Notes: generated by a model not told the origin, from the letters alone. A stretch of 64,000 bases of DNA from an uncultured Gammaproteobacteria bacterium (GCA_963773065.1 CAVYZN010000006.1:201470-265469); one strand, 5' to 3'. Numbered from the stretch's first letter, positions 28,622 to 41,022 are shown. Numbers and translations are program-made.

Positions 28622-29635
28622 TCAGTTTCCCTCTTCAAACGCCGTAAGAGGCGCCAATACATCAGCCCCAGCGGGCGACCGGTGCACACTCCCGCTCCAG
28701 GGCTGCCCCGCCAGTGCGGGCCAGCGCTCGGAGAAGCCCGCATCCAGGATATCGAGAAACGATCGGGCGCGCGATGACAATTGCCTGCCCTTGTGCACGA
28801 CCGCGCCATAGCTGCGTTGCGGGAAGTAGTCAGTGAGCGGTATAGCGGCCAGCGGCTCATCGCCGGTCAGGCAGATGCCGGTGACGATGGAGACGCCCAG
28901 GCCCAGCGCGACGAATTTCTTGATCACCTCCCAGCCGCCCGCCTCCAGCACGACCTGATAGTCAAGACCGTGCTGGTGGAACACCAGATCGACGATCCGC
29001 CACGTGCTCAGGTGCCGCGGGGGCAGAATCAGCCCGTAGGGGCTAATGTCGTCCAGGGTCACCCGGGGCTTGCGCGCCAGAGGGTGATCCGGTGCGGTGA
29101 TCAGCATCGGGTCGTAGGTAAAGATGGGCATATAGGCAATATCGTCCGGGACCTCGAACATCGATCCCACGGCGAAGTCAACCTCGCCATGGCGCAGCAT
29201 TTTCAACCCGTCACGACCGGTGACGTTGTGCAGGCGCAGTTTGACCTGCGGATAGCGGTCGGTGAAGCGCTTCACGTATTCCGGCAGCAGGTAGAGGATC
29301 GTCGACTCGCCGGCGGCGATATCGAGCGAACCCGAACGCACCGCGCCCAGGCGCACGGCGAAGCGGTCCGGGATCTGATCCATCGCCTCGACCACCGGCA
29401 GTGCGGTTTCAAGCAGCACCTGACCCGACTCGGTCAGCCGGATTCGCGGTCCGCGGCGCTCGAACAGCCGGCTATCCAGCGTCTCCTCCAGACCCTTGAT
29501 GAGCAGCGACACCGAGGGCTGGCTCAGACACATCCGTTCCGCCGCACGAGAGATGCTGCCGCTCTGCGCGGCCAGGCAGAATGCCCGTAACTGCCTGAGG
29601 CGGTTAGGATTACAGGTGGCGTCAGAAGTTTTCAT
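28622..29635 (-). CDS. LysR-family transcriptional regulator, divergent from aceB
   Basis: LRQLRAFCLAAQSGSISRAAERMCLSQPSVS...LFERRGPRIRLT. Confidence 0.92.
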   Translation of the reverse strand: MKTSDATCNPNRLRQLRAFCLAAQSGSISRAAERMCLSQPSVSLLIKGLEETLDSRLFERRGPRIRLTESGQVLLETALPVVEAMDQIPDRFAVRLGAVRSGSLDIAAGESTILYLLPEYVKRFTDRYPQVKLRLHNVTGRDGLKMLRHGEVDFAVGSMFEVPDDIAYMPIFTYDPMLITAPDHPLARKPRVTLDDISPYGLILPPRHLSTWRIVDLVFHQHGLDYQVVLEAGGWEVIKKFVALGLGVSIVTGICLTGDEPLAAIPLTDYFPQRSYGAVVHKGRQLSSRARSFLDILDAGFSERWPALAGQPWSGSVHRSPAGADVLAPLTAFEEGN

Positions 29636-29674
29636 GAGAGCGTACCGGGTTAGTATTAAAAAATATAAAGATAA

Positions 29675-29689
29675 CTATTTAAAACATAG
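29675..29689. promoter_or_regulatory. Putative LysR box
   Basis: CTAT-TTAAAAC-ATAG (T-N11-A with dyad) in the AT-rich lysR/aceB intergenic region. Confidence 0.4.
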
Positions 29690-29806
29690 GCTAGTTTAAT
29701 AGTCAGAATTTTCATAGGTTTTTTTATAGGGTTAGTTCATTTTCTAGAGTCGGTTCGAACGATTTGAGCCGAATAATTGACACGCGGGAAGCGGGAGGCA
29801 GAGTAC

Positions 29807-31413
29807 ATGCGGCTTAACACGCTGGCCAGTGCCAGCCATGACTACGAAATCATCGCGCCGTTCGCCGGGTACGAAGCGATCCTGACGCCGCCGGCGATGT
29901 GCGTTCCTGGTCGAGCTGCACACGCGCTTCGAGGCGCGCATCGCGGAACTGCTCGCGGCGCGCCGGGAGCGCCAGGCCTGTTTTGACGCGGGCGAGCAAC
30001 CCGATTTCCTCACCCACACACGCGAACTCCGCGCCGCCGACTGGCGCGTGGCGCCGATTCCGACCGACCTACGCGACCGGCGGGTCGAGATCACCGGCCC
30101 AGTCGACCGCAAGACGGTCATCAACGGGCTCAACAGCGGCGCGAAGGTCTTCATGGCAGATTTCGAGGACGCCCATGCCCCGACTTGGGCCGGCACCCTC
30201 GAGGGCCAGGTCAACCTGTTCGATGCGGTGCGCCGGACAATCCGTTATACCTCACCGATCGGCAGGGAATACCGGCTGGGCAGCAAGACCGCCACCCTGA
30301 TGATGCGCCCGCGCGGCCTGCACCTGCCGGAGAAGCACTTCCGTGTCCACGGCCAGCCGATACGCGCGGCGTTGTTCGATTTCGGGCTGTTCTTCTTCCA
30401 CAACGCCATGCGCCTCATCGACAGCCGGCAGCGGCCCGTATTTCTATCTGCCGAAGTTGGAAAGCCACCACGAGGCGCGGCTGTGGAATGACGTGTTCAA
30501 TTTCGCCCAGGACGCGCTGCGCATTCCCCGCGGCAGCGTGCGCGCCACGGTTCTCATCGAAACCCTGCCGGCGGTATTCGAGATGGACGAAATTCTGTAC
30601 GAGCTGCGTGCTCATATCGCCGGGCTCAACTGCGGACGCTGGGACTACATCTTCAGCTTCATCAAGGTGTTTCGAAACGATCCCGCGCGCGTTCTGCCGG
30701 AGCGCGCGCAGCTCGCCATGACCAACCGTTTCCTGCGCGGCTACTCGCAGCTATTGATCCGCACCTGCCACCGCCGCGGCGCCTTCGCCATGGGCGGCAT
30801 GGCCGCACAGATTCCGGTCAGGGACGATGCCGCCGCGAACGCGGCGGCGCTGGCCAGGGTGCGCGCCGACAAGGAGCGCGAGGCCGCCGACGGCCACGAC
30901 GGCACCTGGGTCGCACATCCCGGCCTGGTCCCGCTGGCACTCGAGGTGTTCGACCGCCATCTGCGCGGGCCGAATCAGCTCGAGCGGCTGCGCGAGGACG
31001 TGGCGGTAACGGCCACGGACCTGCTCATCGCGCCGGCCGGAACCATTACCGCCGCGGGGCTGCGTCAGAACATCGAGGTCGCCGTCCGTTACCTCGCCGC
31101 CTGGCTCGGCGGGCGCGGCTGCGTGCCCATCCACGGCTTGATGGAGGATGCCGCCACCGCCGAGATCGCGCGCGCCCAGGTGTGGCAGTGGCTCCGGCAT
31201 CCACGCGGAGTCCTGACCGATGGCCGCCGGGTCACACCGCAACTCGTCCGCGGCCTGCTGGAGGAGCAGCTCGCGGCGATCCACCGCGGGGAGGACGAGG
31301 AAACGCCCGGCGCCGAACACTTGGACCAGGCCGCGGCCATCATCGGCGAGGTCATGACCCGCGACGAACTGGTCGACTTCATCACGCTGGTCGCGTACCA
31401 GCATCTGGATTGA
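29807..31413 (+). CDS. aceB: Malate synthase A (frameshifts ~29900, ~30428)
   Basis: [57 protein letters not shown]. Confidence 0.92.
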
Positions 31414-31457
31414 GCACATGGGAACGGGGAACCGCAGATACAGACAGGAGCAGTCAC

Positions 31458-32756
31458 ATGGGTAAGCATAACAAGACAGCGCTCGGCCTCCGCCGCGATT
31501 GGGCCGAAGATCCACGCTGGCGGGGCGTCGCCCGGCCTTACACGGCCGAGGACGTGCTGCGGCTCAGAGGCAGCAAGCCGATCGAATACACGCTGGCCCG
31601 CGACGGCGCCGAAAAGCTGTGGCGGCTGATCGAAGAGGAGCCCTTCGTCAATGCCCTCGGCGCCGTGACCGGCAATCAGGCCATGCAGCAGGTGCGCGCC
31701 GGCCTCAAGGCGATCTACGTCTCCGGCTGGCAGGTCGCGGGCGACGCCAACGTCGCCGGCCAGATGTACCCCGACCAGTCGCTGTATCCGGCCAACTCGG
31801 TGCCGGAACTCGTGCGGCGCATCAACAACACGCTGCAGCGCGCCGACCAGATTCAGCATCTCGACGGCGGCGCTGACATCGACTGGTTCGCGCCCATCGT
31901 GGCCGACGCGGAGGCGGGGTTCGGAGGCGTGCTCAACGCGTTCGAGCTCATGAAAGCGATGATCGAGGCCGGCGCCGCCGGTGTGCACTTCGAGGACCAG
32001 CTCACCTCGGCCAAGAAGTGCGGCCACATGGGCGGCAAGGTGCTGGTGCCGACCCGGGAGGCGGTGCAGAAGCTGGTCGCGGCGCGGCTCGCGGCCGATG
32101 TTCTCGGGGTCCCGACCGTGCTGCTCGCGCGCACCGACGCCGAGGCGGGCAATTTGCTCACCTCCGACATCGACGCGCGCGACCAGCCGTTCTGCACCGG
32201 CGAGCGGACCGCGGAGGGCTACTTTCGTCTGCGCAACGGCATCGACCAGGCGATCGCGCGCGGCCTCGCCTATGCGCCTTACGCCGATCTCATCTGGTGC
32301 GAGACGGGCAAGCCCGATCTCGGTTTCGCGCGGCGTTTCGCCGAGGCCCTGCAGGCCGAGTACCCGCAGCGCCGGCTCGCCTACAACTGCTCGCCCTCGT
32401 TCAACTGGAAGAAGCACCTCGACGACGCGACGATCGCCCGGTTTCAGCGCGAACTCGCCGCCATGGGTTACCGGTTCCAGTTCATCACGCTCGCGGGCTT
32501 TCATGCTCTCAACTACAGTATGTACGAACTCGCGCACGGTTACCGCGAGCGGCAGATGGCGGCCTATGTCGAGCTGCAGGAGGCCGAATTCGCGGCCGAG
32601 GCCGACGGCTACACCGCCACGCGCCACCAGCACGAGGTCGGCACCGGCTATTTCGACGCCGTGACCCGGATCGTGGAGGGCGGGGCATCGTCGGTGACCG
32701 CGCTCACCGGTTCGACCGAGGAAGACCAGTTCGAGACGGCCATCGGCGCACGCTAG
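31458..32756 (+). CDS. aceA: Isocitrate lyase
   Basis: [11 protein letters not shown] signature, [25 protein letters not shown]. Confidence 0.96.
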   Translation: MGKHNKTALGLRRDWAEDPRWRGVARPYTAEDVLRLRGSKPIEYTLARDGAEKLWRLIEEEPFVNALGAVTGNQAMQQVRAGLKAIYVSGWQVAGDANVAGQMYPDQSLYPANSVPELVRRINNTLQRADQIQHLDGGADIDWFAPIVADAEAGFGGVLNAFELMKAMIEAGAAGVHFEDQLTSAKKCGHMGGKVLVPTREAVQKLVAARLAADVLGVPTVLLARTDAEAGNLLTSDIDARDQPFCTGERTAEGYFRLRNGIDQAIARGLAYAPYADLIWCETGKPDLGFARRFAEALQAEYPQRRLAYNCSPSFNWKKHLDDATIARFQRELAAMGYRFQFITLAGFHALNYSMYELAHGYRERQMAAYVELQEAEFAAEADGYTATRHQHEVGTGYFDAVTRIVEGGASSVTALTGSTEEDQFETAIGAR

Positions 32757-32777
32757 GCCATACGATCAGGGACGGAC

Positions 32778-34566
32778 ATGGATACACCGCAGACACAACA
32801 GATCGCGCGCACGATCCTCGACGGCTTCGAGCGCCATTACCGCCTGTTCCAGGAGATCACGGCGGGCGCGAAGCGGCGTTTCGAGGCGGCCGACTGGCGG
32901 ACGATACAGCGGGTATCGCGCGAGCGGATCCACTATTACGACCAGCGGGTCGATGAGACGCTGGAGCTGCTGCGAAGCCGCTACTGGATCCGGGATCTCG
33001 ACGAAGCCCTGTGGCGCCAGATCAAGATCGAGTACGTGCACCTGCTGCTCCAGCACAGGCAGCCGGAACTCGCCGAAACCTACTTCAACTCGGTCTTCTG
33101 CCACCTCTTCCACCGCCGCTACTACAACAACCGCCATATCTTCGTGCGTCCGGCGGTCTCGACCGAACACCTCGATCTCGAGGTGCCGACCTGGACGAGC
33201 TACTACCCCGCGCGCGCGGGCTTCTACCGGGTCTTCGTGCGGATACTGGAGGGCTGCGGCTTTTCACTGCCGTTCGAGGACCGCCGGCGCGACCTGCGCA
33301 ATCTCCTGCGGGCAGTGCGCGCGCGCATCCCGGTGGATGCCGTGCCCCAGCAGAACTTCCAGGTCGCAGTGCTCGACTGCCTGTTCTTCCGCAACAAGGC
33401 CGGCTACATCATAGGCAAGGTCGTCAACGGCGCCGATGAAATCCCGTTCGCGATCCCGGTCCTCAACAACGAACACGGCGGGCTGTACGTGGACACGTTG
33501 CTCGTCGGCGAAGCGGAGCTTGCCAACCTGTTCAGCTTCGCGCGCTCGTACTTCATGGTCGACACGCCGGTGCCCTCCGTCGTGGTCGAGTTTCTGCACC
33601 GCGTACTGCCGTGCAAGACCAAGGCGGATCTGTACACCGCCATTGGCCTGCAAAAGCAGGGCAAGACGGCGTTCTACCGCGACTTCCTTCGTCATCTCGG
33701 GCACTCCAGCGACGTGTTCAGCATCGCCCCCGGCGTGCGCGGCATGGTCATGGCGGTGTTCACGCTGCCGTCCTATCCCTACGTCTTCAAGGTCATCAAG
33801 GACCACTTTCCCCCGCCCAAGGATACGACCCGCCAGGCCGTGATGGCCAAGTACCGCCTGGTCAAGGAGCACGACCGTGTCGGGCGCATGGCCGACTCGC
33901 TGGAGTATTCGGATGCGGCCTTCCCGCTGGAACGCTTCTCCGCGGCGCTGCTGCAAGAGCTCACGCAGGATGCGGCCTCCAGCATCGAGATCGACGGCGA
34001 CCATCTGGTCATCAAACACCTGTACATCGAGCGTCGCATGACCCCGCTCAACGTCTTCCTCGATCGGGCCGGGGGCGAGGCGCTGCGCGCGGCCATCGAC
34101 GAGTACGGCAAGGCCATCCGCGAACTGGCGGCGGCCAACATCTTCCCCGGCGACATGCTGCTCAAGAACTTCGGCGTGACCCGCCAGGGCCGGGTGGTCT
34201 TCTACGACTACGACGACATCTGCTACCTGACGGAGTGCAATTTCCGGCGCATCCCGGAACCGCCCTACCCCGAGTTCGAATTCGCGGCCGAGCCCTGGTA
34301 TTCGATCGGAGCAGGCGGACGTGTTTCCCGAGGAATTCGCCACCTTCCTGCTGTCGAATCCGCGCCTGCGCGAGGCCTTCCTCGCGCGCCATGCCGATCT
34401 GCTGGATCCGCGCTGGTGGCAGGCGCGCCAGGCAGGGATCGCCGACGGCCGCTTCGAGGACGTGTTTCCGTATCCCGAGTCGCTGCGCTTTCGCACAACG
34501 CCGCGCCATCACAAGCCGCGGCTGACGGAGCCGGCGCGCGAGATCGCCTCCGCCGCGTGCGGCTAG
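32778..34566 (+). CDS. aceK: Isocitrate dehydrogenase kinase/phosphatase (frameshift ~34310)
   Basis: ELAETYFNSV, FFRNKAGY, APGVRGMVM, HDRVGRMAD, NIFPGDMLLKNFG, VFYDYD; DVFPEEF...DVFPY in shifted frame. Confidence 0.93.
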
Positions 34567-34748
34567 ACTGCACCACGCCGTTCCTAAACGATCAGGCGAC
34601 TGGCGTGGAATTCGCCCATGGCCCACGCCATACGCCCTGCTGGGTGAACCAGCATCAGATACTATGCTGGCCAGCGGGTTCGGAACCGCTGGCCAAGCCG
34701 CCATCACCCCGGGGTATGCGAGGTCGCATCTCTCCCCATCGATTCCGC

Positions 34749-37700
34749 TTACCTTGACACAAGTTCAGATAGGACTATTTTCCTTCTCCTGGCGATAAGA
34801 ACCAGCCCGATCAAACCGGAACCGAACAGCCATATCGCGGCCGGTATTGGGACTGCAAGAAATCAACGTTCAAAACGATGTCATTTCCAGTACCGCCGAG
34901 GTACGTAATATCAAAAGTGAAGATTTGACCTCCGAAGACCTCGTTAAATGTAGCACCCTCCGGCAGACCAAAGAATGTACCGTTGACGAGATCAGTACCA
35001 TCGTTTTGGACAATGGTGAAACCATCGCCAACACTCGGCGCAAAGTCGAGGAGCAGATCAAGCAAGCCCCCAACGCCGATTTCGGCATTGAGATCGATCC
35101 CCCCATTGATTATTAACTGATCAAACTCGCTGCCCGGGTTCGTACCCATGAGTTCGATCTCGAGTGTACCGGCGGAGAACAGATTGAAGTCTCCATTAAT
35201 GGTCGTACTACCCGCAACCGAGGTCGTGTTCGGCGCGACACCGGGCGCGAGCGTACCACCTTGATCAGTGAGCGTGCCGTTGAAGGTATTGACCGCCAAC
35301 CGGCCACCGGTGAAGTTAAACGCCCCTTCATCGAGATTGATGATATCGGCGGTCATCAGCCCACCGGTCAGATTTACTGTTCCAGTAGCGTTAGTCCCGG
35401 TCCCAATATTGACGACGTTGACGTCTGCATTAACGTCAGTTCCCATCGAGAACGTCCCCGTGGCACTCTGACCCCGCAGCGAACGTCCGATGTTCAGCTC
35501 GTTCAGGCGCAGGTTCGCCGTGCCATCCAGCGCGTTGAGCACACCCGTGGCATCACTGGTTGCATTGTTCGACGAATTCCACCCCAGCGCCAGATTGGCC
35601 CGTGAAGTCGGCGTACCCACATTCAGCACCGAGTTGCTCCCCAGCACCAGCGTGCCATCGGCCGTCCCAGGACCAGTCACCGTGTTTTGGTAACCCAGCG
35701 TGAGACCGTTGCTCAGCACCGCCTCGAAGGTCGGATTGGTCACGCTCAGATCGAGCGTGCCACTGGCCACGCCAGCGTTACTCGTATCTTCCATGCCAAT
35801 GGTCAGAGACCCCACCGGTGCCGTCGCCGAACCCAGCCTCAACGTCCCGCCAGCCGGGGTCTCGATCGTGCCCACCGCACCCGCGCCCCGGCTCAGGTAT
35901 ATCGAGGTCGCATCGATCGCACCCGACTGATCCCACAGCAAGGTGCCCGTCGAACTCTGACCCCGTAGCGAACGTCCGATGTTCAGCTCGTTCAGGCGCA
36001 GGTTCGCCGTGCCATCCAGCGCGTTGAGCACACCCGTGGCATCACTGGTTGCATTGTTCGACGAATTCCACCCCAGCGCCAGATTGGCCCGTGAAGTCGG
36101 CGTACCCACATTCAGCACCGAGTTGCTCCCCAGCACCAGCGTGCCATCGGCCGTCCCAGGACCAGTCACCGTGTTTTGGTAACCCAGCGTGAGACCGTTG
36201 CTCAGCACCGCCTCGAAGGTCGGATTGGTCACGCTCAGATCGAGCGTGCCACTGGCCACGCCAGCGTTACTCGTATCTTCCATGCCAATGGTCAGAGACC
36301 CCACCGGTGCCGTCGCCGAACCCAGCCTCAACGTCCCGCCAGCCGGGGTCTCGATCGTGCCCACCGCACCCGCGCCCCGGCTCAGGTATATCGAGGTCGC
36401 ATCGATCGCACCCGACTGATCCCACAGCAAGGTGCCCGTCGAACTCTGACCCCGCAGCGAACGTCCGATGTTCAGCTCGTTCAGGCGCAGGTTCGCCGTG
36501 CCATCCAGCGCGTTGAGCACACCCGTGGCATCACTGGTTGCATTGTTCGACGAATTCCACCCCAGCGCCAGATTGGCCCGTGAAGTCGGCGTACCCACAT
36601 TCAGCACCGAGTTGCTCCCCAGCACCAGCGTGCCATCGGCCGTCCCAGGACCAGTCACCGTGTTTTGGTAACCCAGCGTGAGACCGTTGCTCAGCACCGC
36701 CTCGAAGGTCGGATTGGTCACGCTCAGATCGAGCGTGCCACTGGCCACGCCAGCGTTACTCGTATCTTCCATGCCAATGGTCAGAGACCCCACCGGTGCC
36801 GTCGCCGAACCCAGCCTCAACGTCCCGCCAGCCGGGGTCTCGATCGTGCCCACCGCACCCGCGCCCCGGCTCAGGTATATCGAGGTCGCATCGATCGCAC
36901 CCGACTGATCCCACAGCAAGGTGCCCGTCGAACTCTGACCCCGCAGCGAACGTCCGATGTTCAGCTCGTTCAGGCGCAGGTTCGCCGTGCCATCCAGCGC
37001 GTTGAGCACACCCGTGGCATCACTGGTTGCATTGTTCGACGAATTCCACCCCAGCGCCAGATTGGCCCGTGAAGTCGGCGTACCCACATTCAGCACCGAG
37101 TTGCTCCCCAGCACCAGCGTGCCATCGGCCGTCCCAGGACCAGTCACCGTGTTTTGGTAACCCAGCGTGAGACCGTTGCTCAGCACCGCCTCGAAGGTCG
37201 GATTGGTCACGCTCAGATCGAGCGTGCCACTGGCCACGCCAGCGTTACTCGTATCTTCCATGCCAATGGTCAGAGACCCCACCGGTGCCGTCGCCGAACC
37301 CAGCCTCAACGTCCCGCCAGCCGGGGTCTCGATCGTGCCCACCGCACCCGCGCCCCGGCTCAGGTATATCGAGGTCGCATCGATCGCACCCGACTGATCC
37401 CACAGCAAGGTGCCCGTCGAACTCTGACCCCGTAGCGAACGTCCGATGTTCAGCTCGTTCAGGCGCAGGTTCGCCGTGCCATCCAGCGCGTTGAGCACAC
37501 CCGTGGCATCACTGGTTGCATTGTTCGACGAATTCCACCCCAGCGCCAGATTGGCCCGTGAAGTCGGCGTACCCACATTCAGCACCGAGTTGCTCCCCAG
37601 CACCAAGGTGCCATCGGCCGTGCCGGCGCTACTGGTGGTATTTTGGAACCCGAGACTGAGATATTGATCGACCTGCAGCGTGATTCCACTGTTAAGGTTG

Positions 37701-37978
37701 GTCGTGTGAGTACCATTGATGAGGTATTCAAGGCCGGTGATTGTGAAATTCGAATCGACGAAATTTGTACCACCCGTATCGCCGGAATTAAATGTTACCG
37801 AGTCCGTGCTCGTTGGTGCGCTACCGTCCAGCCAGTTGCCATTCGTTGACCATAAATCATCAACTGTACCCGTCCACGTATCGGCCCAGCCCACACCTGC
37901 AACAGAAAGTAAAACCAGTGATGCCACACCGACAATCAGAGACCGCTGTAAACGGTACGTAACAGTAAGTTTATTCAT
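34749..37978 (-). CDS. Large secreted beta-strand-repeat protein with VPLPA/PEP-CTERM sorting tail (tail frameshifted ~34860)
   Basis: Signal peptide, WTGTVDDLWSTNGNW, 163-aa G/S/T/N-rich repeats, GGTLAPG...LEIEL...FDQL; shifted frame AVPIPAAIWLFGSGLIGLVLIARRRK. Confidence 0.82.
35465..37605. repeat. Tandem repeat, 489-bp unit, about 4.4 copies, in frame
   Basis: Identical shadow ORFs recur at 35490/35979/36468/36957/37446; the only difference noticed is C/T at 35477, 35966, 36455, 36944, 37433. Confidence 0.95.
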
Positions 37979-38082
37979 CGTCTTCTCCTCCCTGCGTTTG
38001 ACATGGACAATTTACAGGTTCATATGCCTCCACCTGAGTCACGGCTCCCGAAGAAGCCGCTGTTTGTAATGCAGATTAATCG

Positions 38083-38745
38083 TTACTCTGTCTGCTTTCG
38101 CCGGGTAATGCCAAGCAAGCCAAGCAGCCCGGAACCGAGCAGCCACATGGCTGCCGGTAAGGGCACAGCCTCAACAGCGTTGGTTTGAAGTCCGTCCAGA
38201 TGGTTCCATCCGTCACCTGTATTCCCAGAAAATACAAGCCGTGAGATGGGGATGTCTGATATAAAACCCGCGAAGGTGTCTTTAAAAGCGCCTACGGAAC
38301 CCAGTATGTTGTCAGACGCGTCGTAAGCTGTTGCCACCAGGGTATCGCTTTGTCCATCGCCGTTCCAAAACCCGAGCGCAGTAATTTCATAACCGGGAAG
38401 TACATACAGGACAATATCATCCCATTGGTTAATGCTATTAATCCCGTTAGGGAAGTTCGCCAAATGCATTGGACCGTGCGGGGGGCCTTCGCTAAAAAGG
38501 TAAGTATTGGGGAATCCGCCTCCTGCTAACGGATCAAAACCAATCCCAAGCGTCGCTAATATCGGTATTTGCGTATCGTCTTGATAGGACTCGAAGTCCT
38601 CCAGTGACGTAGTACCCGCAGCCGCCTGCCAATCTGTTTCGGCAGACAGATCCCCGGTATACGTTACGAAACTTGCCGATGACCCGTTTGCTGCGGTAGC
38701 TAACACTACACTGCATAAGATGCCTAGCAGTTTTGGTGTTCTCAT
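38083..38745 (-). CDS. VPLPA-CTERM (PEP-CTERM class) exported protein
   Basis: Signal peptide MRTPKLLGILCSVVLATAA; C-term VPLPAAMWLLGSGLLGLLGITRRK. Confidence 0.88.
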   Translation of the reverse strand: MRTPKLLGILCSVVLATAANGSSASFVTYTGDLSAETDWQAAAGTTSLEDFESYQDDTQIPILATLGIGFDPLAGGGFPNTYLFSEGPPHGPMHLANFPNGINSINQWDDIVLYVLPGYEITALGFWNGDGQSDTLVATAYDASDNILGSVGAFKDTFAGFISDIPISRLVFSGNTGDGWNHLDGLQTNAVEAVPLPAAMWLLGSGLLGLLGITRRKQTE

Positions 38746-39444
38746 GGTTGGTTCCTCCGTAAATTCTTGATTCTTTGCTGCCAACCTGCTGTTCATTTCG
38801 ATGACTCGTTATGCTTACGTTACTTAGTCATTTTCTCCTCTGGTCTTCTTCTGGCCCAAGCAGGGCGGAGTCGAACAGGTTTAGAAGGTTGGCGGGATTG
38901 CGTGAGAACCATAACTTTGTGCTGTCTACCTGACATTGACATTAGTCAAATGAAACACCGTATGGTCATTGTTATTTTCTATATATGGATAATGAATATC
39001 GTACGTACAACTACGTATTAACGCTAAATTTCCCGTCGTGTCAGGAAAAATAGAAACCCTATTTCCGCAACGAAAGTCTATGTTAAGTCTCGAACGGTAC
39101 GCTACGCATGCACTCCCCCAACTTCGCAAGTCTCGAGTCACGTTGAGGAAACGCCTCTAACCGCGCATCTCACTGCCGTTCGCAACTCGATTAGCCATGC
39201 TGCTGGCGAAAGGGGGCGCGTGCTCGAATAACCCGGATTTCTCACCAACTCGATCCCCGGATTTTTCCCCGAAGCACAGTGGATACGGGATTCGCTTCGA
39301 CATATCGCCCGTTCAATTCCGGTAGTGGGTCGGGAAACGCGCACTGCCCGGCTCGTGATGTCGCTGAGGAGGGTGTGTGATTGCGGATTCACCGTTTGGC
39401 TGCCCTGCCGCAACTTGTGAGTTTGGCATACGCGACTATAGTTA

Positions 39445-40060
39445 AATGACCCCCGGCAAAGCCGGGGGCTTATTGGGTGAGCGCCTCAAAGGCGCCGATA
39501 AACCCATGAGCCGCCTGAAGGCGGCCAACTACTCCACCAACTTCATCTGATCGTACCGCTCATCTTCGGCTTCCTGGTTGCGAATGTACGCCCGCACCAT
39601 CGCCTCATCCAGCCCGACGGTGGAAACGTAGTACCCGCGTGCCCAGAAATTCTCCCCGGTGAAATTGCGCTGCCGGCCTCCGTACTTCCGCGCAATCTGG
39701 ATCGCGCTCTTGCCCTTGATGTAACCCACCACATTCGATACCGCATACTTCGGCGGAATGCTGATGCACATGTGGATGTGATCCGACATCAGATGCCCCT
39801 CAACTATCTTCGATCCCTTGTGCCCAGCAAGCTCGTGCAGCATCTCACCCAGGTGCTTCCGAACAGCGCCAAAAATCCGTTTCTTCCTCCGCTTCGGAAT
39901 GAATACCACATGGTACTTACAATCCCACCTCGTATGGCTAAGACTCTGGTACTCTTTCATCGGTGAACCTCCTTCTCTTGGCAGAGATCGGAGATTCACG
40001 GATGACCGCCGTATAGGTCAAACCCCGGTGAGTCCCCGGCAGAGCCGGGGGCTTACCTCA
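39445..40060 (-). mobile_element. IS200-family insertion sequence (tnpA only, no tnpB); ends approximate
   Basis: Matching subterminal hairpins CCCCCGGC-AAA-GCCGGGGG (39450-39468) and CCCCGGC-AGA-GCCGGGG (40034-40050) flank a Y1 transposase. Confidence 0.88.
39529..39960 (-). CDS. tnpA: IS200/IS605 HUH (Y1) transposase
   Basis: CKYHVVFIPK, DHIHM (HUH), YIKGKSA, FWARGYYVSTVG, YIRNQ. Confidence 0.95.
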   Translation of the reverse strand: MKEYQSLSHTRWDCKYHVVFIPKRRKKRIFGAVRKHLGEMLHELAGHKGSKIVEGHLMSDHIHMCISIPPKYAVSNVVGYIKGKSAIQIARKYGGRQRNFTGENFWARGYYVSTVGLDEAMVRAYIRNQEAEDERYDQMKLVE

Positions 40061-40149
40061 TACTGAGTTAATTAGAGGATCGGGATTGCATGCGGTAACA
40101 AGGGATTGCGGGAAATCCCCCTGCAAATGCAGGGAAGGAGGCGGATTCC

Positions 40150-41022
40150 ATGATACCCGGCCATTTCGCTTACCACGCGCCGGCAAGCGTGGAGGAAGCC
40201 ATAACGTTGCTGGGCCAGTACGGTGACGAAGCCTCGGTGCTCGCCGGAGGCCACAGCCTGCTGCCGATGATGAAGCTTCGCTTCGCCGAGCCGGCCCATC
40301 TCATCGATATCAACCATATCCCGGAACTGCGCGGCATCCGGGAGGCGGGCGGCGTCATCTATATCGGGGCGATGACCACCGAGAGCGAACTGATCGCCTC
40401 GGCGCTCCTGAACGAGAAGTGCCCCCTCATCCCCGAGGCGGCGCGGCTGATCGCCGAATCCGCAGGTGCGCAATCGCGGCACGCTGGGCGGCGACGTCGC
40501 CAACGGCGATCCGAGCAATGATCATCCCGCGGTCATGATGGCGCTCGATGCCTTGCTGGTCCTGCGCGGCTCCCGGGGCGAGCGGGTGGTCGCGGCCAAC
40601 GGCTTCTATCAGGGCACCTATCTCACGCAGCGGCAAGCGGATGAACTGCTGACCGAAATCCGCATCCCGACCCCGCCGCCGGGCACCGGGCAGGCCTACT
40701 GCAAACTCAAACGCAAGACCGGCGATTACGCCACGGCCGCCGCCGCCGTGGTCCTGCAGCTCGACGGCAAGCGCTGCCGCAAGGCGGGCATCGCCCTGAC
40801 CAACGTGGCGCCCACGCCGCTCCGGGCCGACGCCGCGGAGCGGGTCCTGACCGGCAAGGTCATCGACGAGGCCCTCATCGAGCAGGCCGCAGTGCAGGCC
40901 ATGGGCATCTGTGATCCGGCCGAGGACCTGCGGGGCGATGCCGAGTACCGCACGCACATGGCCGGGGAAATGACGCGCCGAGCGCTACGCCTGGCGCTGC
41001 AACGGGCACAGGGGAATTCGCC

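Noticed and set aside
35465-37605. Repeat array as a CRISPR array or a DGR template/variable repeat
   Set aside because: The unit is 489 bp, in frame, with no unique spacers; only one synonymous variable site was noticed; no cas or reverse transcriptase gene in the window.
39138-39440. 91-aa ORF and possible sigma-54 promoter (TTGGCA at ~39423)
   Set aside because: The ORF is featureless, and no GC at the -12 position with correct spacing was found.
39529-40150. IS605-type tnpB or omega-RNA associated with the IS
   Set aside because: The element is only ~620 bp, with hairpin ends directly flanking tnpA; there is no room for tnpB.
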